A DNA stretch of 64,000 nucleotides from an uncultured Chloroflexia bacterium (lineage in GTDB: Bacteria > Chloroflexota > Chloroflexia > Thermomicrobiales > UBA6265): assembly GCA_963724295.1 (NCBI GenBank), contig CAVRUC010000010.1, positions 128,001 to 192,000 on the forward strand. The letters run 5' to 3'. The position numbers and the translations under genes were made by a program. Numbering within the stretch: the first letter of the stretch is position 1; every line of letters starts with the position of its first letter. Below are positions 31,481-42,500 of this stretch, piece after piece. Under the pieces are notes generated by a model. It ran no database searches. It saw only the letters and a list, made by a program, of their open reading frames with translations, and had not been told where the DNA came from.

Positions 31481-33292
31481 CTAGGCCTCGATCCAGACGA
31501 AGGGAAGGCTCCAGTACGGGCCGCCAGTACCGGTCGGGAAGAAGTTGTGCAACCGCTCTGTGTAACCCGGCCGCTCGACGCCGAACCGGTAGATGAGCAC
31601 CGGCAAGTCGTTCCAGACGATATTGGACTGCTCGATCAGCAGCTCGCGCCGCTTCTCACGGTCGAGCTCTCGCAGTTGCTGGTCATCGAGCCGGTCAAAT
31701 TCTTCGTTGCAGTATTTGAGGTTATTGAAGCCACCCTCGTAGGAGTCACAACGGAAGAGTGCGCCCTGGTTACCGCTGGGATCCCATTGGAACCCCTGAA
31801 GGAGGGCCTGGAAGTCGTGGGTCGTGTCGGTGACGTCCTGCATCGCCGACCACTCCATGAGATTCGGCGTCATCTCCACGCCAATCTCCCGCCACCGCTG
31901 CTGGAGCTCCGCCAGCAGCTGATCGGTTACGGCGCCGCCCCCGCTGGGGAGCAGCAGCTCGAACCGAAAGTCCTGACCATCCTTTTCGACGATCCCATCG
32001 CCGTTGGTATCCGCCCAGCCAGCATCGGCGAGGAGTTGCCTGGCCCGCTCCGGATCGTAGTCGTAGGTCTCTTCGACGCGCTCTGGTGCATAGGCGAACG
32101 ACAGCTTTGGCTGCGTGCCACGGGCAACCTCACCGAGCCCGAGATAGATGTTGTTCTTGATCGCCTCTTTGTCGATGGCGATGAAGAGCGCCGCCCGCAC
32201 CCGCTGATCCTGGAAGAGCGTGGTCTTCTCCGGGTCCATATTCAGACCGACGTAGGAGAAGGAATACCCCGGATAGATTTGGACCTCCAACCCCTCGGTG
32301 TTCTGGACCTCCTCCACCTGCGGTGCTGGAATAATCTCGATGATGTCGATCTCACCGGCCTGGAGAGCCTCGACCTCGGTCGCGGGATCGGGCAGGACGC
32401 GCATCACGTACTCATCGATCACCGGAAGAGCATTTGTGTCGTAGTAGTCGTCGTTCCGAACCAGCGTGACGCTCTCGCCTTGCCGCCACTCCTGGAACTT
32501 GAACGGTCCCGTGCCGATGACGCGGGCGGGATCCTGGCCGGTACTGCCCGGGTCGTTTGGCCACTCCTCGGGCGCGACACCCTCCCAGATGTGCTTGGGC
32601 ATGATGCTGACGGCCCACGGCACATCGTAGAGAAAGGTGGCGAACGGCTCCTTCGAAACCATTTCGAAGGTGTCGGGGTCGATCGCGCGGTAGGATTCGA
32701 GCACTGGCAAGATCGAGGAACGGCGGGGATTCGGGCTCTGCTCATTCAGGGCGACGTCGAACGTGAACTGCACGTCGTCAGCCGTGACGTCGGTACCGTC
32801 GTGCCACTTGGCGTCCTTGTTGAGATGGAAGGTGTAGGTCTTACCATCGGCCGCGATCTCATAGGAGTCCGCTAACCCCGGCGCTATCTGACCGTCAATC
32901 GGATTGACGCCGACCAGCGGCTCGAAAATGAAACCCGTGACGTAGGCAGTGGGGTAGTCGGACGTGAGCAGTCCGTTGACTGTCGAGATATCCGACGTTT
33001 GACTCCAGATAACCTGGCCACCCTGATTCTGGGGCTCCTCGAACGCGAACTCTTCCCGCAGTTGGGCGTAGTACTCCTCGCGCGTGATCGAGCGGATGGC
33101 TTCGCCGCCGGCGGATGCCGTCTGCGGCGTCGCGTCCTGCGCGCGGGTCAGCATGGGCGCCAGCGCACCGAGCGTCCCGGTGGCGAGGCCCAGAGCGCCG
33201 GCTCCCACCATGAACCTGCGACGATCGATGCCGCGGCCGGTCAGTACCCGGTCCAGCTCGCTGGATGGCATTCGCTCTTCGGACTTTGTCAT
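31481..33292 (-). CDS. Family 5 ABC transporter substrate-binding protein, Tat-exported
   Basis: DRRRFM Tat signal; PGLA, WHDG..VTADDV.FT, IGTGPFK, VRAAL..AID motifs. Confidence 0.93.
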   Translation of the reverse strand: MTKSEERMPSSELDRVLTGRGIDRRRFMVGAGALGLATGTLGALAPMLTRAQDATPQTASAGGEAIRSITREEYYAQLREEFAFEEPQNQGGQVIWSQTSDISTVNGLLTSDYPTAYVTGFIFEPLVGVNPIDGQIAPGLADSYEIAADGKTYTFHLNKDAKWHDGTDVTADDVQFTFDVALNEQSPNPRRSSILPVLESYRAIDPDTFEMVSKEPFATFLYDVPWAVSIMPKHIWEGVAPEEWPNDPGSTGQDPARVIGTGPFKFQEWRQGESVTLVRNDDYYDTNALPVIDEYVMRVLPDPATEVEALQAGEIDIIEIIPAPQVEEVQNTEGLEVQIYPGYSFSYVGLNMDPEKTTLFQDQRVRAALFIAIDKEAIKNNIYLGLGEVARGTQPKLSFAYAPERVEETYDYDPERARQLLADAGWADTNGDGIVEKDGQDFRFELLLPSGGGAVTDQLLAELQQRWREIGVEMTPNLMEWSAMQDVTDTTHDFQALLQGFQWDPSGNQGALFRCDSYEGGFNNLKYCNEEFDRLDDQQLRELDREKRRELLIEQSNIVWNDLPVLIYRFGVERPGYTERLHNFFPTGTGGPYWSLPFVWIEA

Positions 33293-33674
33293 GTGACCTC
33301 CTCGCGGGTGTTGGTGCTCCGATGCACCACTACGGTATCGGCGGGCCATTCAGGATGTGTAGTTGATGCCGCGGACCAGGCGATCCTGACGTTCACCCCA
33401 GCCGCGGACTGAGGGAGGATACTACCATCATCATTTGCATAATCATCTTCGCAGGGATCGTGCCTTCCGCCAGCCTGACGGTGAATTTCGGGACGGATCA
33501 GCCTCGTGATCATGCCGCCTGCTACTTGAATCCCGACGTCTTGATCGACTCGACGAGCTGTCGCTAGAAAATGCGTCCGGTGACCGTCGGAGGCGATCGT
33601 CGCATCCAGCTTGCCACCTTGAGACACTGTCAACATTAGCGAATGAGTAACTCGGGATCTGGATCATCGAGGAG

Positions 33675-34784
33675 ATGCCTCGCGAGATGGAGAGATTCGA
33701 CGGACTTGGGATGGGATTGGGAACGCTGTCGCGATTGTCCACGGCGCAGACGCGTTCGATCAGCGCCGAGAACCCAACCGGCGAGCCGGGGCGGGGTGGC
33801 ATGGCCACCGAGGGAACCGGGGCGATCCCCGCCCGTGAGCTGGGACAGGGCTGGAAGGTCTCGCCTTCCATCGAGATCGCTGGCGGCGAGACGGTCACGT
33901 TGGTTGATGTCGAGGGGCCAGGCGCCATTCAGCACATCTGGCTGACGATCCATCCCCGGCATTGGCGGAGCCTCGTTTGGCGCATCTGGTGGGATGACGA
34001 GGAGACGCCCTCGGTCGAGACGCCACTCGGCGATTTCTTCTGCAGCGGTTGGGGAGAGCGCTGCAACGTCTCTTCGCTGCCGGTCGCGGTCAATCCCGCC
34101 GGTGGATTCAACTGTTACTGGGAAATGCCGTTTCGCCGTCGCGCCCGGATCTCGGTCGAGAATCTGAGCCCGGACCCGACGGCAGCCCTCTACTACCAGA
34201 TCACCTACACCCTGACCGATGTGCCGGATGATCGCGCGTATCTTCACGCCCAGTGGCGGCGGAGCAACCCACTTCCCTATCAGGAGGTGCACACCCTACT
34301 CGACGGCGTGCGCGGTCAGGGGCACTACGTGGGAACGTATCTCGCCTGGGGCGTCAACAACACCGGCTGGTGGGGCGAGGGCGAGATCAAGTTCTACCTC
34401 GACGCTGACAGCGAGTGGCCGACGATCTGCGGCACGGGCACGGAGGACTACTTCGGCGGGGCGTGGAACTTCGAGCATCCGCCCGGACAATATGGAACCT
34501 ACTCGACCCCGTTCCTCGGGTTACCACAGGTGATCCGGCCGGACGGTCTGTACCGCAGCCAGCAGCGGTTCGGGATGTATCGCTGGCACGTGATGGACCC
34601 GATCCGCTTCGCAGAGAAGCTGCGAGTGACGATTCAGGCCCTCGGGTGGCGGGCGCCATTGGAAGGTCAGAAGCGCTACCTTCCCCTTCAGGACGACATC
34701 GCCAGCACGGCGCTCTGGTATCAGTCGGAACCGCACGCGCCGTTCCCGGTCTTGCCGGATCTCAACGGGTTGGAAGTGGTGTAG
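33675..34784 (+). CDS. Glycoside hydrolase family 172 (DUF2961) protein
   Basis: TRSISAENPTGE, GPGAIQHIW, PLGDFF, FNCYWEMPF, WWGEGE, GTGTEDYF, YRWH..DPI.F, DDIAS. Confidence 0.92.
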   Translation: MPREMERFDGLGMGLGTLSRLSTAQTRSISAENPTGEPGRGGMATEGTGAIPARELGQGWKVSPSIEIAGGETVTLVDVEGPGAIQHIWLTIHPRHWRSLVWRIWWDDEETPSVETPLGDFFCSGWGERCNVSSLPVAVNPAGGFNCYWEMPFRRRARISVENLSPDPTAALYYQITYTLTDVPDDRAYLHAQWRRSNPLPYQEVHTLLDGVRGQGHYVGTYLAWGVNNTGWWGEGEIKFYLDADSEWPTICGTGTEDYFGGAWNFEHPPGQYGTYSTPFLGLPQVIRPDGLYRSQQRFGMYRWHVMDPIRFAEKLRVTIQALGWRAPLEGQKRYLPLQDDIASTALWYQSEPHAPFPVLPDLNGLEVV

Positions 34785-34798
34785 CGGCGGCCCGGATC

Positions 34799-34965
34799 CC
34801 AACGGCCCTCACCCCCCTACCCCCCTCTCCCGTCGGAGCCGGGAGAGGGGGCTTTCTTGCCGCCCGGCGTAGCTCCCTTCTCCCCGCTCCGAGGGGGAGA
34901 AGGGCTGGGGATGAGGGGCGTCCGGAGAAGGGCCGGGGATGAGACGTAAGCGCTGGGGATGAGGG
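34799..34965. repeat. ~120-bp paired-hairpin REP-like element (CCCTCACCCC...CCCTCTCCC...GGGAGAGGG), copy 1
   Basis: 34799-34920 closely matches 51481-51601; lies between convergent genes. Confidence 0.9.
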
Positions 34966-34969
34966 GACT

Positions 34970-35839
34970 TCAGACAATCTCCAACCCATAAAATCGAATC
35001 GCGTTGCCGCCGAAGACATTGGCCAACTCCTCAGGAGTGAGCGGCGGCAGCGCCTCTTCGAGCGCGCTCTTTACCGCGCCGTATGACCCGGCAAGCAGGC
35101 AGACCGGCCAGTCCGAGCCGTACATCACTCGCTCCGTGCCGAAGATGTCGACGGCTCGATGAACGTATGGTTTGAGATCGGATGGCGTCCAGTTGGCCCA
35201 GCTGGCCTCGGTGATCATGCCCGAGAGCTTGCACGAGACGTGCGGCAGTGAACGGAACGGCTCCAGCAGCGCGCTCCAGGCGTCGATCTCGCCGGATGCG
35301 ATCGGCGGTTTGGCGATGTGGTCGATGACGAAGCGCATCTCGGGCAGCGCTCTCGCCGTCGCCAGCGCCGCCGGCAGCTCGCGTGGGCGGACGAGAACGT
35401 CATAGGCCAACCCGGCATCTCGCACCGCCGCCAGACCGCGTTGCACATCCGGTCGCAGGAGCCACTCTGCGTCCTCCTCGTCATGGACCTGATGCCGGAT
35501 GCCGACGAGCGTCCGTCCGTTGGGTTGGGATCGTAGCTCGGCAAGTGTGTCCGCGACGGCTGGGTCGGTGAGATCGACCCAGCCGACGACACCCGCCACG
35601 AAGTCGGTCGCCGCGGCGGTTTCCATGAACTCCCGGGTCTCCCGCACGCTGGGTACCGTCTGCACCAGGACGGTGGAGTCGACGCCCGCCGCGGCCAGGA
35701 GTGGTCGCAGATCAGCCGGGCCGAACGTGCGGCGAATGGGGTCGAGCTCGGCGCCGGCCATCCAGTAGTAGTCGTGCCGGGAGGGTGTCCAGAAATGGTG
35801 GTGGGCGTCGACGACCGGAGTGCGGGTACGCGCGCTCAT
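34970..35839 (-). CDS. Amidohydrolase_2 family, L-fuconolactonase-like sugar lactonase
   Basis: VDAHHHFW, GVVGWVDL, GIRH, IDHIAKP, CKLSG, YGSDWPVC. Confidence 0.9.
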   Translation of the reverse strand: MSARTRTPVVDAHHHFWTPSRHDYYWMAGAELDPIRRTFGPADLRPLLAAAGVDSTVLVQTVPSVRETREFMETAAATDFVAGVVGWVDLTDPAVADTLAELRSQPNGRTLVGIRHQVHDEEDAEWLLRPDVQRGLAAVRDAGLAYDVLVRPRELPAALATARALPEMRFVIDHIAKPPIASGEIDAWSALLEPFRSLPHVSCKLSGMITEASWANWTPSDLKPYVHRAVDIFGTERVMYGSDWPVCLLAGSYGAVKSALEEALPPLTPEELANVFGGNAIRFYGLEIV

Positions 35840-36019
35840 GATCTTCTCCCTGATAGCGCAGCAGGCGGCGCAATCAATCGCGGCAACAGATTCCATCACT
35901 GGTCAGGAAGCGCATCGACCCAAAGCCACTTCACGCCGACAGCTGCTCGATTGTCGCCGAGGTGGCTCCTCCTCGTGACCACACCATCCCTTGGGCGGCG
36001 ACTCTTGCGGTCGGCGACG

Positions 36020-36370
36020 GTCATGACCGCGGATCTGATGTCGTCGATCTCACCGTCGCGGATGGTTGTTGCCGCGGGGTGTTAGCCGAGCTGGAGCCAG
36101 GCGGACCGCTAGCAGTGTTCGACGTCGCTGTCACGGTGCTCGCGGCCGGCGACGCCGGCCACCTCTGGGCGACGACCTCGAACCCCGAGGGCGCAACACC
36201 CGATAGCCTCCTGGCCATGGCGCTGCGGGCCGGAGCGACCGTCGCCGATACGGAGTTCGTCCAGTTTCACCCGACTGTGCTGGCGCCTCCGGCGGAGCGG
36301 CGTTTCTCGTCTCGGAAGCAGTACGTGGCGAGGGCGGCTATTTGCGTGATGCCGCCAGCGAACGATTCAA
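36020..36370 (+). pseudogene. nadB: Degraded internal fragment of L-aspartate oxidase (nadB-like)
   Basis: VLAAGDAGHLWATTSNPEGAT..AMALRAGA.VADTEFVQFHPT, then in a shifted frame FLVSEAVRGEGGYLRDAASERF; no N- or C-terminal domains. Confidence 0.75.
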
Positions 36371-36518
36371 GACCGCGGTCGATCGATGGACAGCACTCGC
36401 TCAGGGCAGCCGATGGATCATTTCACTACGGCTCTCTCGACGAGGCATACGCCAGCAAGGCACGCTAAGTCGCCTCGCCTGGGCACTCTGTCCTCGACCG
36501 CTCTCGTCGGCCCGGCGG

Positions 36519-39500
36519 CTACGGTTCTTCGGTCCTGACCTCCTCGGTGGACGGCTGATCCTCCTCATGCGGTTCCTGCCCGGGGTCGGGAGGCGACGGG
36601 TTGCCGTCGCCTCCGCTCGTCCCACCGCTCCCGCGACCGCCATCGGGTCCGGAGCTGGTGGATTGGTGGTCCCGGGCCCGGTGGTTGTGCCCGCGCTTCT
36701 TGGCGCCCTTGGCGTTCGCTTCCTTCGCGCCGTTGCGTCCCGCCTGGCCGGCCTCGACCACGGCGTCCCGCACCTGCCGCGCCGCGCGCGTGGCTGAAGA
36801 CTCAACCGTAGACGCTTGCGGCCCGTAAATCTCGACCTCGGCCAGGAAACCGAGCCGGGCTGGCCCATCCGTACCGACGTAGCGGAAGCGGACGTAGCGC
36901 GCGGCTCCGTCGACCTCCAGCATCTGCCACGTACCCGGCGCCACATCGCCGCCGCGCCCAACTGTCTTCCAGTGCTTGCGGTCGGTCGAGGTCTGGAGTT
37001 CCACTGCGCCGCCGGTCCTGGTCTGGAGCCAGCGGACGGCGATTACCGGCCGCTTCGCGCCCAGGTCGAACCAGACGTTCGCCTCCGCCTCGGCATCCTT
37101 CGTCGCCCAGGAGGTGCCGGGTTTGCCGTCGCGGGCAAGACCCGGCTTGCCGGCGCCGCCGGCACCGGTGATACGGTACGGCTGCTCTGCCGCTCCCTGT
37201 GGCGGTCCGTCCGATGACTCCGCCTTGGGTAGGTCACCGTCCGGCAGGTCCGGCGTTGGTTCGGCATCGGGCTGTTCGCCACCCTGGTCCTGATTGTTCG
37301 ACTCCTCGCTGCCCTCGGGCGACTGTTGGGCGACGGCGATCGTCACTTCCACCGGCTCCGAGGCGGCGACGCGCCCCTTCCGGTCGGTGGCGGTCGCCCG
37401 CAGGAGGTAGTCACCGGCGTCGAGGTTCTGGAAATCAATCTGCCGCTCGTAGGGTTCGGCGCGGGCGGTGCCGAGATCTCTCCAGCGCCCACCCTTCGCC
37501 GGCCGGACCTGGAAGGTCACCTTGGTCACCGCCGCGCCCTTGCCGTCGCCCGCGTCGACCTCGGCAGTCAGCGTCGCCTGGTCCGTGAGCGTCTCGCCCG
37601 CAGCTGGTGCGGTGAGTGTCACGTTCGCCGTCTGTGTTGGCGGCAAGTCGGATTGCACGGCCGCGGTTGCACTCTGACCGACGTGGACCGTTACGCCGGC
37701 CGAGATCCCGGCGTTTCCGACGTTGTCGAGAGCGCGCGCGATCAGGGTGTAGGTGCCGCTCTTCGGTAGGGTGTTCCAGGTCACGTGATATGGCCCGTCG
37801 CCGTCAGCAGCGCCGATTTGCTTGCTGCGGCCCCAGGTGCAGTCGGTGCCGCTGCAGTAGGCAACGTGGATTGAGTCGATCCCCGACAGCGCATCGTCGG
37901 CCTCGACTTCGATGACCTGGCCAGAGTCAACCTGAGCGTCGGCGGCGGGCCCAATGATCTCAACCGTTGGAGCCTCGCGGTCGGGAGTGACGGTGAACTC
38001 CGCCGTCGCCTCCAGGCCGGCGCCGTTGACGGCGGTCACCGACACGGGTCCGGACGCCGTGTCGCTGCTTTTCCACTTATAGAGGTGCTGATACGGATTG
38101 GTCGCGTCGGCTCCACCGTCGCGGCTGAAAACCTTCGGGAACAGCACCTGGGCAATACCAGACTCAGGGTCGCCGGTGGCCACGATCACCATGACGTTGC
38201 CGGAACGCTGGCCGGTCGGATTGTAGAAGAAGGTGTCGGTCGTGGCGTCGACGTGCTGGTAGGGCCTCGGCTGCGCCTGGCGCAGCGTCACGTCCGGCTC
38301 GGTTGGAGGCGTCGTGTCGCCGCCGACTGCCGCCCGTCACCGTGACATCGGTCGTGTAGTCAGTGAAGCCGTTGTTCTTGTCGATGATCCGACCGAGAAC
38401 GGTGTAGGTGCCCGCTTCATTGAAGATGCACTCGTGGTCGGCAGCCGTCTCGGCACTCTCGTAGTCCGGATCTCCCAGCGAACCGTTGTCGCAGGCGAAG
38501 TCGTAGCGGAAGCCGGCGTCGCGGTCGTCGCTCGAGGGATCCCCCGGGTCGGTAAAGGTGACCTGTACGGTCTCGCCAGTCACCACTGGTCCGTTGTTGC
38601 CAAGCGTGGCAGTCGGCACCAGGTTGGCGACTATCACCATACCATTGTACTCCTGCACGTCCCCGTCACCGTCGAGGACCGTGCCCTTGACGTTCCGTTG
38701 ACCGCTGTCGCTCGTCTGGCAGGTGGCGGTCGCCACTTCACCGAAGCCGCCGATCACGTCGTCGCCGCAGTCGAAGGCGTAGGTAGCGCCCTCTGGTCCA
38801 CCGGTCAGCGCCAGGTCGAACGAGCTCCCCTCGTCGACCGTCTCGGGGACCTCGAAGGTCGCCGTCGGGAGGACGTCGTCGATCCGGACGGTGGCCTGGT
38901 ATACCTGCTCGCCGCCGTCTTTATCTAGCAGCTTGCCGCGGACCATCCGCTGGCCGTTGCTAACGGTCGGACAACTCGCACTCGCGGTCTTGCCGACCGC
39001 AACGTAGCCGTTGCCGTCTCCGCAGTCGAACTCGTAGTCGAAGCCGGCAGCGACGTCGGCGGTCGACGGGTCGGTCGCCCCGGCGAATGTGAGGTCGATC
39101 GTGCTCCCTTCGTCGACCGCTTCAGGAGCCCCGAAGGAGGCGGTCGGTGGCACATTGGTGACCTCGACCTTCGTGGTGTACTCGCTGAAGCCGTCGTCCC
39201 TGTCGATGATCCGGGCGCGCACGGTCGCGGTGCTCGGTCCGTCGTCGAACGGGCAGATGACCGACGGCGCTTCGCCGCTGTCCTCATAGGGTGTGGTCCC
39301 GGGGAAGGCGCCGTCGCAGGCAAAGGCGTAATGGAACCCGGCTTCCGTGTCCGCCGCGGACGGGTCAAATGGGTCGGCGAACTGGATCGTGACCTCATTG
39401 CCTTCCGCGAGCGAGCCGCCGTTGCTGAGCTCGGCCTGTGGATTTGCGTTGATGACATCGACCATGAACGTCGCCGTGCCGAATGGAGGCTTAGCTTCGT

Positions 39501-42500
39501 CCTCACTCGAGCGCGCCTCGGCCACCTCTACAGTGACGGTATAGGAGCCCTCGGTGCGGTTGTCGGCGTAGACGTGTTCCAGCGGGGAGAGATTGCCTGG
39601 CTCCTCGACGATGATCGAATCCGAGGTTGCGCCGTCGCCCCAGGTCACGGTCGCGGTCCACGGCCCGTCGGTTCCGGGGTCGGAGAAGCTGCCCAGGGTG
39701 AAGAGCTGGCTGGCCCCTTCGGCCGCCTCCTGCGGCTCCGGTGCCGTCACCAGCGGCTGGACGTTCGTGACGGTAACCGCGACGGGCACCGTCGCCAGGC
39801 CGCCGTCGCCGTCAGTGGCGCGAACGTTGACGGTATATGATCCGTCGTCCGCGAAGGGGCAATTCGGTCCCGTCTCTACGAAATCCTCACCGTCACCATC
39901 GCAGTCGTAGGCGAGGGTGACCGGATCGTTCTCGCCGGCCGGGTCGCTCGCCTGCGGATCAAGGGTGACGGTCCCTCCCTCGGGAACTGGCGCCGGCGCC
40001 GGCACCTCCAGTGTCGGGTTCAGGTTTTCAACAGTCAGCAGGAGCTCGTCGGCACCGGTGCCCAGTTCCCCCTTTTCGTCGGCAACGGTGACGCGGATGG
40101 TGTAGGGGCCGTCGGCCGCGTTGTCGGCGTAGCGGTGGCTGAGCGCGAAGCCGCGCTCGGTCGGCGTCAACTCCTCGACCGGCGAGCCGTCGCCGTAGTC
40201 GACCGTCGCCACCCAATCGTCGGCGCCGGGGTCGGTGAAGGTAACGTCGCCGGAGAAGGTCGCCCCCTCGTCGATCGTGGCATCGGCACCGGCGTCGACC
40301 ACTGGCTTCAGATTGGCGACGATGATATCGAGCTCGGCGGTGCCGACGAGGGGCACTGGCCCCTCCGCGGTCGCCTCGGCGACGGTCACTTTCGCGACGT
40401 ACGCGCCGTCCTGGGCATAGGTATGCGCCAGGTCCGCAAGTTCGCCCGGCGCCTCGATGGGGTCGAGGGCGCTCGTCTCGCCGTCGCCCCAGTCAACGGT
40501 TAAGGTCCAGGGACCGTCAGGGCCGGGATCGGTGAAGCGTCCCAGGGAGAAGTCCTGGGCCACCCCCTCTTCGGCGGTCTGATCACCGGCCGCGGTCACG
40601 ACCGGGAGCGCGTTGGCAACGTCCACTTCGAAGGCGCCCGTGCCAACGCCGCCAGAGTTGTTGGTAATCTCGACAGTAACCGGATAGATGCCGTCGTCGG
40701 CGTAGGTGTGGTCAAGCCGGAACGTCTTGTCGGGGTTGAAAGGCAGCGGCTGCTTGCCGCGCCGTCGCCGTAATCGACCGTCGCCGTCCAGCCCGACCTG
40801 CCCGGGTTAATGAACGAACCGGTGCGTGCGAAGTTAGAGCCTTCGGTGCTGTTCCCGTCCGCGCCGGCATTGACGATCGGGTTACCGGTACCGATCGAGA
40901 GGACGAGTTGCTTGGTGTCGGCGGTCGCCACCCACCCTGGCTCGATCGTGGCGAACGCACCGGTTGGGGGGGTCCGTAGGTCAGCACCTGGAAGGTGCCG
41001 CCAGTTGGTGGCTCGAAGCCGCCGATCGTGTTCGCCGCCAGCGTCCCGCCCAGAGCAACCGGGCCTGAGAACCTGATCTGATCGTGGTGCGTCCCGGCGG
41101 TAGGCCCGCCGATTCGTAAGGCGAGCGTGCCCGTAGCGGTCTGGGTGAAGGGAACCGGGATGGAGAGGATGCCGGTTGGGGATCCGTCGGCCCGGGTCAG
41201 CGTCCCCTCGTTGCGGAAGCTGGCCTCGCCGGGTCCGCTACCTAGCGTGCCGAAGGACGGCGCGCCTACGACGATCAAGCGAGCCCCCGCCGCGTTGGCG
41301 AGTGTGGCACCGCGGTGGATGAAGATGATGCCCGCACCGAGCGTGCCACTGCCGCCATTGGCGACCGTGCCAGCCCGCAACTCCTTTTGCCCCCCTCCAT
41401 CCAGGATCAGCCCGCCTCTGGCCAGCAGCGTTCCGCCCCCATCCTTGATGCCACCCGTCCAGTTGAACCGGCGCGTGACCTCCAGATCGGATTCCAGCTT
41501 GAGCGTGCCCCCGCTCAGCCGCAACTCCTCCCCGATCGTCGAGGCGGCGCCGATGGTGGCGGTCCCGCTTGGGATCGTGACCACACCGGGGAAGTTGAGC
41601 GCCTTCGTGAAGGTCACGGTGCTGCGACTGATAACCTCGCCGGTGCCCAGGAGGCCGCCGTTGAGGGTCTGGGCGCCGCCGGTGAGCTCCAATGTCGTCC
41701 CAGCCCCGACGGTGAAGTTGCCGGCACTGATGCCGCCGCCGCTGAGGGCAAGACGACCGGCGTTGACCTCAACCGCGCCGGCGTTGTGGAACGCGACAGA
41801 GATGGACGTCGCCCCGGTCCCGGTCCCCGCCGTCTTGACGAGCCGGCCCTCGTTGCGGAAGGTCGCCTCGGCAGCGGCATTGCCGAGCGGGAACAGCCGA
41901 CTGGTCGGCCGTAACCTCGAGTGTGGCTCCCGCCGCATTGAGGAGCGTGGCGCCCCGGTGGATGAAGACCGTGCCCGCACCAAGCGTGCCACTCCCGCCA
42001 TTGGTGACCGTACCGGCGACCAGCTCCTTTTGCCCTCCCCTCCAGCGCAGCCCGCCACTGGCCAGCAGCGTTCCGCTCCCGCCCTTGGCGCCGGCATTCC
42101 AGATGACCTGCCCCCGACCTCCAGGCCGGCGGCATGGTTGAGCGTGCCTCCGCTCAACCTCAGAGTCGCTATCGAACGTCGAGGCGGCGCCGAGGGTGGC
42201 GGTCCCACTCGCGACCGTGACCGCACCGGAGAAGATCGAGCGCCTTCGCGAAGATGACGGTGCCGCCACTGACGGTCACAGTCCCGTCAACGTCGAACAT
42301 GCCGTTGACGTCCGCTCGGCCGCTGCTGAAGACAACGTTGCCAGCACCGGAGACGACGTTGCCGGTGTCCACGAGGCCGCCGTCGAGAGTATGGATGCCT
42401 CCGAACTGCAGGGTTGCCCCCTCCGCCACCGCGAAGCTGTGGATTGGCGCCGATTTCGTGCCCGTGCCGGTGGGAACGGAGGAGCCACCGCCATTGAGGG

